Shown here: positions 14,656-23,075 of the stretch, one piece after another
Layout of the letters: each line of letters starts with the position of its first letter
How positions within the stretch are numbered: the first letter of the stretch is position 1
IMG/VR virus record: IMGVR_UViG_3300023503_000001
Span: 1 to 54,472 of that record
Origin: a virus
Lineage: Duplodnaviria > Caudoviricetes
DNA: 54,472 bases
Reading direction: 5' to 3' (one strand)
Notes under the pieces: generated by a model
What the model was told of the DNA's origin: nothing
The model's database searches: none
What the model saw: the letters and a program-made list of their open reading frames with translations, nothing else
Made by a program: the position numbers and the translations under genes

Positions 14656-15444
14656 ATGAAAGTCTGTGACAAAGTAAATTACCGTGTTTATGCTTTTGAT
14701 GGCAATAATGACATCGAAAAGAAGTTAAAAGAATTACAAGAGGCTCAAGCTGCATTACAAGAACGAGACGCAGAAATTGAGCGTTTACGTAATCATTCTC
14801 AAAAAATCCTAGATGAAAAGAAAAAATTACAAAAGCAATATGAAGGTCTTGGTGATCCAGAGCATGTAAAACAAATTCTTGCACAATTTGAGAATGATGA
14901 AGATGCAAAGCTCGTCGCTGAGGGTAAATTTAAGGATGTTCTAAAGAAACATACTGAACGACTTTCTTTAGAATATAAAAGTCAGCTTGACGAATTAAGT
15001 AAACAATTAAAAGAATTAGAAGAGGCAAAAACAAAATTTGAAGGGCTTTATCATGAATCAGAGGCAGGGCATGCCGTTAGCGCAGCCGCTATAAAAGCAG
15101 GTATCCGTGATACCGCTATTGAAGACGTGCTTATGCGTGCAAAAGGCGTGTTCCGTGTCTCTGAGGATGGTAAGCTTGAAGCTCGTGATAAAGAAGGTAA
15201 TTTAGTTACTGTTGAAAATAAACCATTAACTCCTGAGTTATTTGTGCAGCAACTAAAAGAAAAATATCCGCATTATTGGCCTGAAAGCCAAGGTGCTGGT
15301 GCATCCGGAGGTTCCGGCGAAACAGTTAAAGATAATCCTTTTAAGAAAGGTTCATCTTTTAACTTAACTAAGCAAGCATTACTTCGTAAAAATGATCCAG
15401 AACTTGCTAAAAAATTGGAGCAAGAAGCTAATGCTGCCGCTTAA
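14656..15444 (+). CDS. Capsid scaffolding protein
   Basis: Coiled coil, SQGAGASG, NPF..FNLTKQ C-terminus; precedes capsid gene. Confidence 0.85.
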   Translation: MKVCDKVNYRVYAFDGNNDIEKKLKELQEAQAALQERDAEIERLRNHSQKILDEKKKLQKQYEGLGDPEHVKQILAQFENDEDAKLVAEGKFKDVLKKHTERLSLEYKSQLDELSKQLKELEEAKTKFEGLYHESEAGHAVSAAAIKAGIRDTAIEDVLMRAKGVFRVSEDGKLEARDKEGNLVTVENKPLTPELFVQQLKEKYPHYWPESQGAGASGGSGETVKDNPFKKGSSFNLTKQALLRKNDPELAKKLEQEANAAA

Positions 15445-15508
15445 AACTTTAATTTTAAACGCTAGTTGTACTAGTGGTAAATCATAACTTTTAATTAGGA
15501 GAAAAATT

Positions 15509-16519
15509 ATGGCCGTAGTTCAATTGGCTGATATTTACGAACCTATTACATTTAATCAAGGTGTACAAGAGGCCGCCACTGAGCGAAATGTCTTTATTCA
15601 ATCTGGTGTCGTAGTCGATGACCCACGTTTGTCGGCTATGGCAAGCTCGGGTGGCACTACTGGTGACATTCCGTTCTTCTTTGGGCTGACTAATGACGAA
15701 CCAGATTATACGTCTGATGACCCGGCCGTTACGTCTACTCCGGCAAAAATCAGTGGCACCAAACAAATTTGGCGCCTTGCTAATATGCACAAGTCGTGGT
15801 CGACCATGGATTTGGCCCGAGAACTTGCCTTGGCAGATCCGCTGGGTGCTATTATTTCTCGCATTGGTCATTACTGGTCCACTGCTTATCAGCGCCGCGT
15901 TATTCAATCTGCTTTAGGTCTTTTGAACGACAGTGTCGCAAATCATGGGGGTGATTTACTCTTCAGTGTGGCCACAGACGACCCCGCCGCCGTTACGGCA
16001 GCAGAGCGAATTTCCGCAGATGCGGTTATTTCTGCTGCTGCAACGATGGGCGACGCTGCGAGTCAATTAAGTGTTATTGCAATGCATTCTGTTGTATATA
16101 ACACTTTACAACGTAATGACCTTATTACCTTCCGGCCGACCTCTGTTCAAGATATTAAAATTCCTACTTATCTTGGTTATGATGTTATTGTTGATGATGC
16201 CCTGCCGGCTGTGGCTGGAATTAATCGCATTACTTATACTACAATCCTGTTTAGCCGTGGTGTTACCGGGATGGGTAGCGGTAAAGTTATTGTTCCTTCT
16301 GAAATTGAGCGTTCAGCTTCCGCTGGTAATGGCGGCGGCCAAGACATTATTCATACTCGTAAGAGTGTAATTCTTCATCCGGCTGGTTATGCTTGGCAAG
16401 AAGCGGCAGTCGCAGGACAGTCTCCTACCGAGGCTGAACTCGCTAATGCTCTGAACTGGGCCCGAGTTTATCAAGACCGGAAGAATATCGGTATTGCATT
16501 TTTACAAACTAACGGCTAA
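15509..16519 (+). CDS. Major capsid protein
   Basis: FIQSGVV, DPLGAI, MHSVVY..L, GGGQD, LANALNW motifs; strong RBS; raised GC. Confidence 0.92.
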   Translation: MAVVQLADIYEPITFNQGVQEAATERNVFIQSGVVVDDPRLSAMASSGGTTGDIPFFFGLTNDEPDYTSDDPAVTSTPAKISGTKQIWRLANMHKSWSTMDLARELALADPLGAIISRIGHYWSTAYQRRVIQSALGLLNDSVANHGGDLLFSVATDDPAAVTAAERISADAVISAAATMGDAASQLSVIAMHSVVYNTLQRNDLITFRPTSVQDIKIPTYLGYDVIVDDALPAVAGINRITYTTILFSRGVTGMGSGKVIVPSEIERSASAGNGGGQDIIHTRKSVILHPAGYAWQEAAVAGQSPTEAELANALNWARVYQDRKNIGIAFLQTNG

Positions 16520-16528
16520 TTTTCATGG

Positions 16529-16550
16529 TGAGGCCAAGGATGGCCTTTTT
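16529..16550 (+). terminator. Terminator after capsid gene
   Basis: AGGCC-AAGGAT-GGCCT-TTTT. Confidence 0.7.
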
Positions 16551-16561
16551 AGGAGGTTATT

Positions 16562-16861
16562 ATGACAGAGCAACAGAAAAAAGTTACTGAAGCTTCGAAG
16601 GAGCAAACAGAAAAACAAGTTGAGGAACAAAAAACCACGAAAAATGATTATGAAAAAGCAGTAGAAGAAATGAAAAAACTGAAAGCTATTTATGAGGAAG
16701 CAAAACAAAAAGTAGCTAATTTATATGCTTCTTTTGCTCAACCGAAACAGGCATCTCTTCAAGAATGCATTAAAAAAGAACATGCAAATCGGAAAAAGGA
16801 GATTGAGCAGAAATTGAAGCAACAAGAGTTAATTACAAAGGCGTTAGGTTCTAATGACTAA
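16562..16861 (+). CDS. Hypothetical coiled-coil protein
   Basis: AGGAGGT RBS, 99 aa. Confidence 0.75.
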   Translation: MTEQQKKVTEASKEQTEKQVEEQKTTKNDYEKAVEEMKKLKAIYEEAKQKVANLYASFAQPKQASLQECIKKEHANRKKEIEQKLKQQELITKALGSND

Positions 16862-17072
16862 TGAAACAGACTCTAAAAATACTAATCATGTTTTAGGAAC
16901 AAGAATCCTCGAAGTAATTATTGCGGCAGCAATTATTGGTTTAATGAATATGTATGCTTCTTCTTACGCTTTAAACGAGCGTTTTGAAGTAATTAAAGCT
17001 CAGATAGAAGACATAAAAACAACATTAAACCAATTAAAAAATGATTTTTATGTTCCTCGTTTTAGGAAGTAA
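16854..17072 (+). CDS. Small TM plus coiled-coil protein
   Basis: One hydrophobic helix followed by heptads. Confidence 0.65.
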   Translation: MTNETDSKNTNHVLGTRILEVIIAAAIIGLMNMYASSYALNERFEVIKAQIEDIKTTLNQLKNDFYVPRFRK

Positions 17073-17077
17073 ATAAT

Positions 17078-18889
17078 ATGACAGCACAACAAGATCCTAA
17101 TTTAGGTCTTTTCTATGGTTGGGCCTTAATGGAAGATAATTGGAATCAAGGTATGGATTCCAATTTGAAAAAATTAGGTTCTTTAGTACAACTTTCTGTT
17201 AAGTCTCGCCAATTAACTTCTGAACCTGCCTCTCCTGTAGAAGGTGATCGTTATATTGTAGCCTCTCCTGCTTCTGGAGCTTGGACTTCTCAGGAAAATA
17301 ATCTTGCTGTTTACATTAATGGGACTTGGGAGTTTCATACTCCTAAAGTAGGCTGGCACGCAGATGTTCAAGATGAATTGGTAACAATTCGCTATAATGG
17401 GACTTCTTGGCAAGTAGCTTTTGCTACTTATGTGAAAAATAATTTTAGTGCCACAGTAGATCCTACCACAACAAATGATTCTTCACAAGGTTATGCCTTA
17501 AATAGCACATGGGTCAATACCACGACTTCAGAAGTTTTCAGGTGTATTGACGCCACAGTAAATGCGGCTGTTTGGATAAAAACATCCCTCACAATCGATG
17601 AATTAGGCGCAGTTGCGGTAGAAGATGTTGTACCGGTATCTAAAGGTGGTACAGGTTCTACAACGCCGTCAGCAGCAAGAGCGGCTTTAGGAGCTGCTTC
17701 ACTAGACGCGAATGGCGAAGTTGTCGAATTTCCAGCTGTTTTACGTACATTAGCTGGTAATATAAATGATCCACTTGTTCATATTCCTTTTAGACGTGCT
17801 AATGATGAATTACGTTTGTCAGGTATGCAAACGTTTACTAGGGCATCTACCGCGACTTATGTTGACCCAGTAGATGGACTGATAAAGACAGCACAAAATG
17901 ATGCACCACGTTTTGAGAAGATGGCGGATGGTGGTGTTGGGATTCTGCTGGAAGGTTCGAGTACGAATCTGCTTTTGCATAGTGAATCATTTGATGATGC
18001 TACGTGGGCAAAGACTGGTATCGCAGTCACACCGGATGTGGTTGTTGGGCCAGATGGGAATACAACTGCTGACAAGATTAATGCCAATGCGGCGGACAGT
18101 TACATGAATCAGATCGCTACGCTAACACCTGGAGATACAGTGACGTTCTCCGTGTGGCTACGGAGTGTTACTGGTGACATAACACTGAACATCCGAATTG
18201 TAAAGGACGGCGCCGGATTTGTTGCGAATACGGTTACCCTAACAACCGAGTGGCAGAGGGTGAGTGTAACTGGCATTGTGCCCTCTGGCGGAACAACCTA
18301 CGGAGTAAGGATAGGCGGAGGTAACACATTCTCAACTGGCGAAAGCATCTACGCATGGGGCGCCCAACTCGAAGCTCTCCCCTTCGCCTCCTCCTACATC
18401 CCCACCACCACGGCACCGGTGACGCGGGCAGTGGATCACCTAGCAATAGTATTGGCAGGTAACAGACCTGGATATGCTGATGACTACACATTTGTTGTTG
18501 ATTACGACAAGCTAGGAAATCCATCTCTAGGGGATAGTAGCCGATTAATAACACCCGATTTCGCCAGTCAAGCCTCTGTATTTCACACAGGAAACGGTAA
18601 TAATTTATCTACATACTACAACTTCTATCATACGACAACGAGTAGTACTTTCATACCTCATGTTACTCATAGGGTCGTTGTTCGTGTGCGTGGTAAAAAT
18701 GTTAGTATTTGGCGCAATGGAGTAGTAGAGTACTCAGAATCACCTATTGATACAAGTATAACACAGCAAGGCGGCAGCACGATATACATAGGTGCAGATA
18801 GACTTGGCATTCAACCTCTATATGGCCACATCCGTAGCCTACGCATCTACGACCGCGCACTCACTGATGTTGAAATAATGGCAGCATAA
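17078..18889 (+). CDS. Fibre/spike protein: DUF2793 N-terminus, spike domain, carbohydrate-binding and LamG-like domains
   Basis: PNLGLFYGW...GDRYIV...GAW; FTRASTATY; GILLEGSSTNLL; WGAQLE..FASSYIPT; GHIRSLRIYDRAL. Confidence 0.8.
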   Translation: MTAQQDPNLGLFYGWALMEDNWNQGMDSNLKKLGSLVQLSVKSRQLTSEPASPVEGDRYIVASPASGAWTSQENNLAVYINGTWEFHTPKVGWHADVQDELVTIRYNGTSWQVAFATYVKNNFSATVDPTTTNDSSQGYALNSTWVNTTTSEVFRCIDATVNAAVWIKTSLTIDELGAVAVEDVVPVSKGGTGSTTPSAARAALGAASLDANGEVVEFPAVLRTLAGNINDPLVHIPFRRANDELRLSGMQTFTRASTATYVDPVDGLIKTAQNDAPRFEKMADGGVGILLEGSSTNLLLHSESFDDATWAKTGIAVTPDVVVGPDGNTTADKINANAADSYMNQIATLTPGDTVTFSVWLRSVTGDITLNIRIVKDGAGFVANTVTLTTEWQRVSVTGIVPSGGTTYGVRIGGGNTFSTGESIYAWGAQLEALPFASSYIPTTTAPVTRAVDHLAIVLAGNRPGYADDYTFVVDYDKLGNPSLGDSSRLITPDFASQASVFHTGNGNNLSTYYNFYHTTTSSTFIPHVTHRVVVRVRGKNVSIWRNGVVEYSESPIDTSITQQGGSTIYIGADRLGIQPLYGHIRSLRIYDRALTDVEIMAA

Positions 18890-18903
18890 TTAGGGAGATA
18901 ACA

Positions 18904-19290
18904 ATGTATTACGATTTAATTACTTATTGTTCTGATACAACTGCACTACTCACTGAAGTTGAACAACTAGCACCAGATTATCTTATTAAGGATGAAAATG
19001 GTAACTCTATAGGGTTTGCAATTAATAAAACACCTACAATACGTAATAGTACAGAAACTTTAGCTGTTGTTCGTGTTAATGATGATGAATTAGCAGTTAT
19101 AAAATCGTTAACTTCATTAAACGTTTTAGCCGAAGTACCAGCTGGTGGAAACTTATTAGCCTCGATGTTAGCATCAAATAAAGCAATTTATGATAAGGTG
19201 TATCTAAGAACCCCGATTGATATATTCGACGATCAAGGTAATGTAGTTGGGCAACAGACCCCACCAGAATTAATAGGAGCATTTGCATGA
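18904..19290 (+). CDS. Fibre-associated protein, possible chaperone
   Basis: Directly follows the fibre gene. Confidence 0.6.
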   Translation: MYYDLITYCSDTTALLTEVEQLAPDYLIKDENGNSIGFAINKTPTIRNSTETLAVVRVNDDELAVIKSLTSLNVLAEVPAGGNLLASMLASNKAIYDKVYLRTPIDIFDDQGNVVGQQTPPELIGAFA

Positions 19291-19595
19291 TTTGGTTTTT
19301 ATTTGTTTTATTTGTACTATTGCAAATAGCAGACGTAGTTACAACACGTATTATCTTAAATCATGGTGGAAAAGAACTAAACCCAATTATGGCTTATGTT
19401 CTAAATAAGGCAGGATTTAAAGGTCTTATTTTAGTTAAGTTAATCGGTATATTTATTATTTTTATAACGATATATCTTAGTATGACTTATTCTCTTAATA
19501 TTTTATGGTTTTTAAGCTCTATTTGTTTAGTTTATTTTGCTGTTGTTCTTTTTAATTTAATAACTTTATTTAAAAAAATTGATCCAATCTTTTAA
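19287..19595 (+). CDS. DUF5658-like membrane protein
   Basis: AD..TT......GGKELNP motif; three hydrophobic helices. Confidence 0.75.
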   Translation: MIWFLFVLFVLLQIADVVTTRIILNHGGKELNPIMAYVLNKAGFKGLILVKLIGIFIIFITIYLSMTYSLNILWFLSSICLVYFAVVLFNLITLFKKIDPIF

Positions 19596-19610
19596 GTAGA
19601 GAAATTAATT

Positions 19611-20021
19611 ATGGTCGCCCTGACTACAGAACAAGCATATGCGACGGTCACAGATGCAGATCTTTATTTTAGTACAAATAGTGTATGGTCTGCATTGACC
19701 ACTGAGCAAAAAACTGATGCTCTTTTATGGGGGCGCTATTGGATTGATATCACTTACGATTGTAGTGCACTTACAGATACAACTAGAGAATTAGTAATCT
19801 CTAATTGTCTACTTGCTTTAGATTATGTCGAGCAGGGTGACCTATTTTTTGCAAATGATTCAACAATAAAAAAAGAACGAATTAAAGCTGGCTCGGTAGA
19901 GACAGAAACAGAATATTTAAGCGGAGCTAAACAATTACCTAATTCTGCTGTGAAAGTTTTTGCATTACTTTCGTCTATTTGTCCTAAAAAACAAACAATT
20001 AATTTTATAGGTAGAGCATGA
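19611..20021 (+). CDS. Head-tail adaptor (DnaT-like family)
   Basis: YATVTDADLYF, KKERIKAGSVETETEY. Confidence 0.8.
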   Translation: MVALTTEQAYATVTDADLYFSTNSVWSALTTEQKTDALLWGRYWIDITYDCSALTDTTRELVISNCLLALDYVEQGDLFFANDSTIKKERIKAGSVETETEYLSGAKQLPNSAVKVFALLSSICPKKQTINFIGRA

Positions 20022-20374
20022 GTTTACGTACAAAACTTACATCGAAAATAAAAAAAGGTTTCGATAAATTAGACGATATTATATTAAATATAGTTTATAT
20101 TGATGTTAATGAGGTTTTTTCACCTATTACAAATACGGTGAATTTAACTGAAACACCTTATTCAACAAAAGGTATACGTTTAGATAAGCTAGAAAAAGAT
20201 ATTAAAGATCGGCCAGACGCTGATCGATATATCTACTTTTTAATTTTACAGGATGATTTACTTATCAATCCAAAAGAAGGTAGTATACTTAATGTAGAAG
20301 GTATTCGTTACACTATTATTGATATATCTTCAGATCCAGCTAGTATTTCATGGGAATTTAAATGCCAAGAGTAG
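20018..20374 (+). CDS. Head closure protein
   Basis: Position; DPA...W C-terminal motif. Confidence 0.7.
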   Translation: MSLRTKLTSKIKKGFDKLDDIILNIVYIDVNEVFSPITNTVNLTETPYSTKGIRLDKLEKDIKDRPDADRYIYFLILQDDLLINPKEGSILNVEGIRYTIIDISSDPASISWEFKCQE

Positions 20375-20724
20375 ACTCATTTAAAGAAGCTGGTAAATTA
20401 ATTGCTCATTTTGTTGATGTACATACAAAAGATTTTTTATATGATTTATGGTTTGAATTAGTTGAGTTGACCCCCGTTGATACAGGACGAGCTAGAGCTA
20501 GCTGGTATGTAACAGGAGGTGCTCCTAAGCGAGTAGTTTTACCTGATGGACAATATGATTTTCCGAGTCCACCCGATCTAGATAAATATAAAAGAAATTA
20601 TACAAAATGGTTTGTCTCTAATACTGCGCCGTATATTGAGTTTTTAAATGCCGGACATTCTAGACAAGCTCCTTCAGGTTTCATCCAACAAGCAATCGCC
20701 AAAGTAACATTGAGATATAAATAA
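20362..20724 (+). CDS. Neck / tail completion protein (HK97 gp10-like)
   Basis: TPVDTGRARASW, N.APY..LN.GHS.QAP.G. Confidence 0.85.
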   Translation: MPRVDSFKEAGKLIAHFVDVHTKDFLYDLWFELVELTPVDTGRARASWYVTGGAPKRVVLPDGQYDFPSPPDLDKYKRNYTKWFVSNTAPYIEFLNAGHSRQAPSGFIQQAIAKVTLRYK

Positions 20725-21116
20725 TGGCTACATTTAATGAGATAAATAATTCATTTACTCAGCGCATCGCTTCGATGTGGTCAACTACAGCTGTTGCTTG
20801 GGATAATGTTGATTTTGAACCGAATCCAGATCAAGCATGGATTAGATGTACTTTAATATCTACTCCCTCAGAAAATAATGAGTTAGGACTGTCAGTCATT
20901 CATAGAGGTTTATTTTGGATTCAAATTTTTACACCATTAAATAAAGGTACAGGTGAGGCTTATACTATTGTAGATGAACTAACTACATTATTTTCAAATG
21001 TACAATTTGATGGTATTTTTTGCCACGCAGCTGATGTTCAGAGAGTCGGTGACGATGGGCGTGGATGGTTTCAAGTTAATTTTAGAGTGCCGTACTGGTC
21101 ACATCAGAGAGGATAA
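20724..21116 (+). CDS. Tail terminator protein
   Basis: AWDN..F.P, G...IQIF.P...G, W.Q.N motifs. Confidence 0.8.
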   Translation: MATFNEINNSFTQRIASMWSTTAVAWDNVDFEPNPDQAWIRCTLISTPSENNELGLSVIHRGLFWIQIFTPLNKGTGEAYTIVDELTTLFSNVQFDGIFCHAADVQRVGDDGRGWFQVNFRVPYWSHQRG

Positions 21117-21119
21117 ACA

Positions 21120-22289
21120 ATGGCTATTACTTCTACTAATTATGTAAATTTTGCATATGTTGAAGAAACTACCCCGGGTGTAACACCCGCGACACCTTCT
21201 TTTCAACAACTGCCTGTTACGAGCGTAGGGTTAACGGAGCAGCTTGATACAGCTGTTTCTGAAGTTATTCGATCCGACCGCCAAACTGATGATTTGGTTG
21301 TTGTGGGCGCTAAGGTTGAAGGTGATTGTAATTATGAGTTATCTTATGCACCGTTTAAACCTTTAATTCTATCCTTGATGCAGAATACAAGTATTGCTGT
21401 TAATATTGCAGGAGCAGCAGATATTGACGCAAGCGCTACAACTAGTGCTTTTACATCTGCTACAACGGATTTCATCGCAGCAGGTATTTTAGTTGGCCAT
21501 TATATTAAAGTCAGTGGTTTTATTGGTACAGCAAATAATGGTATCTTTAGAGTTACAGCTGTTACAGCGAATCAAATTGATGTAACACCTTCGCCTAATT
21601 CTGATGAATTAAATCCTGGTTCAGTATCGATAGTTGGTGAAAATATAAGAAATGGTGCAAATGAACCTGATTCTTATACTTTTAGAAAGCAATTAAATGC
21701 GCCTGGAGGTACTACATCTATTTTCTATTATCGTGGTTGCCAAGTTAATAGTATGTCCTTTAATTTAGCTTCAGGTTCTATTTTAAATGGAACGATGAAC
21801 TTAATAGGGTTGACTTCTGAAGGAACAGCCACAGCTATCACAGGAGAAACAATTACTGCTCCACCGGCATACGATATTATGAATGCAGTTAGCTCTGTGA
21901 CAAATATATCTGTTACAGGGCTTCCTGGTAACGTTGAATTTAAATCTTTAAATTTGACGATAGACAATCAAATAAATGCCGCTGACGCAATAGGAACTTT
22001 AGGCGCAGTAGATCTTGCACCCTTTAGTTTAGATATTAAGGGTGACCTTGAAATTTATTTTGAAGATACTAGCGTTTATAATATTTATAAAAATTCTTCT
22101 GGTTTCAGTGTATCATTTACACTGACAGATAACAGTGGAAATACAATGGTAATTTATTTACCTTATTGTAAATTTGAGTCTTTAACAGAACCAGTTGACG
22201 GTAAGGATAATTTCTTAATGGAGAGTGGTTCGTTAAAAGCTTTACGTGACCCAGTCACTAATATGATGGCACAAATTACATTTATGTAA
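21120..22289 (+). CDS. Major tail tube protein with inserted beta domain
   Basis: EETTPGVTP, SEVIRSDRQ; insertion containing G..IKVSGF...NNG.F.V. Confidence 0.85.
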   Translation: MAITSTNYVNFAYVEETTPGVTPATPSFQQLPVTSVGLTEQLDTAVSEVIRSDRQTDDLVVVGAKVEGDCNYELSYAPFKPLILSLMQNTSIAVNIAGAADIDASATTSAFTSATTDFIAAGILVGHYIKVSGFIGTANNGIFRVTAVTANQIDVTPSPNSDELNPGSVSIVGENIRNGANEPDSYTFRKQLNAPGGTTSIFYYRGCQVNSMSFNLASGSILNGTMNLIGLTSEGTATAITGETITAPPAYDIMNAVSSVTNISVTGLPGNVEFKSLNLTIDNQINAADAIGTLGAVDLAPFSLDIKGDLEIYFEDTSVYNIYKNSSGFSVSFTLTDNSGNTMVIYLPYCKFESLTEPVDGKDNFLMESGSLKALRDPVTNMMAQITFM

Positions 22290-22359
22290 TTTTAGTATTT
22301 CTGTAAGATTTTCTTAGATAATCTTACTTTTGTTTAATCTATGATGTGAGGTAAGGGCA

Positions 22360-22740
22360 ATGAAATTAACACCGACATCTAAAGAAAAGGAAATTAACGG
22401 CGTTGAAGCATTTTATCATGGCGTAAAATTAATTATTGCGCGAGATACAAATATTCATTATAAAAATGCATTGCGTCGTCTGATGAAACCATATCAGCGT
22501 GAAATTGATAAAGGTACATTAGATGATGCTACGACTGATGAGATTTTATGTACAGCGATCGCCGAAGGTATTTTAGTTGGATGGGATGCCTCAACTTTTC
22601 CTAATGGTATTGAATATACTAAGGAAAAAGCAAAAGAATTAATGTTGGATGATGAAGATTGCCGAAGATTCGTTTTAGAATTCGCTGCTGATTTATCTAA
22701 TTATTTAGAAGCTGAAAAAGAGGCAGTCAAAAAGGAGTAA
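22360..22740 (+). CDS. Tail assembly chaperone (gpG-like)
   Basis: Between tube and tape measure; ILVGWD; ends at slippery C AAA AAG. Confidence 0.85.
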   Translation: MKLTPTSKEKEINGVEAFYHGVKLIIARDTNIHYKNALRRLMKPYQREIDKGTLDDATTDEILCTAIAEGILVGWDASTFPNGIEYTKEKAKELMLDDEDCRRFVLEFAADLSNYLEAEKEAVKKE

Positions 22741-23075
22741 TTAGACTTCTTGAATTCAATTTAGAGCATGGGCCGCATATTGACTTTTATAGACAGTTAA
22801 CTAAACGAAATATTCCAAATCCATTAGAATCTTTTGAACCAACAAAAGATGAATTAGTCTTATGGTTTTTAACTGTCTATAAACGATTAGAAGCTTCAAG
22901 AAGTCCTGAGAGTTTAAGAATTCCTTTTTCCGAAATAATGAGTTATACTGATTATTTTGAATTAATGTGTGATAAGGAATTTTTCTTAGATATAATTAAT
23001 GCAATGGACGAATTTTTTGCTGATTATAGTCTTTCACAACGAAAAAAGAGATTAAAGGCAAAAGAAAATGGCTGA
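22728..23075 (+). CDS. -1 frameshift extension of tail chaperone (gpT-like)
   Basis: -1 frame open from CAAAAAG (22728-22734) to TGA 23073-23075; IPFSEI..Y and I.AMD..F motifs. Confidence 0.8.
   Translation, partial: QKGVIRLLEFNLEHGPHIDFYRQLTKRNIPNPLESFEPTKDELVLWFLTVYKRLEASRSPESLRIPFSEIMSYTDYFELMCDKEFFLDIINAMDEFFADYSLSQRKKRLKAKENG

Noticed and set aside
17900-18889. Diversity-generating retroelement target in the fibre gene
   Set aside because: No reverse transcriptase and no template repeat differing at adenines was seen
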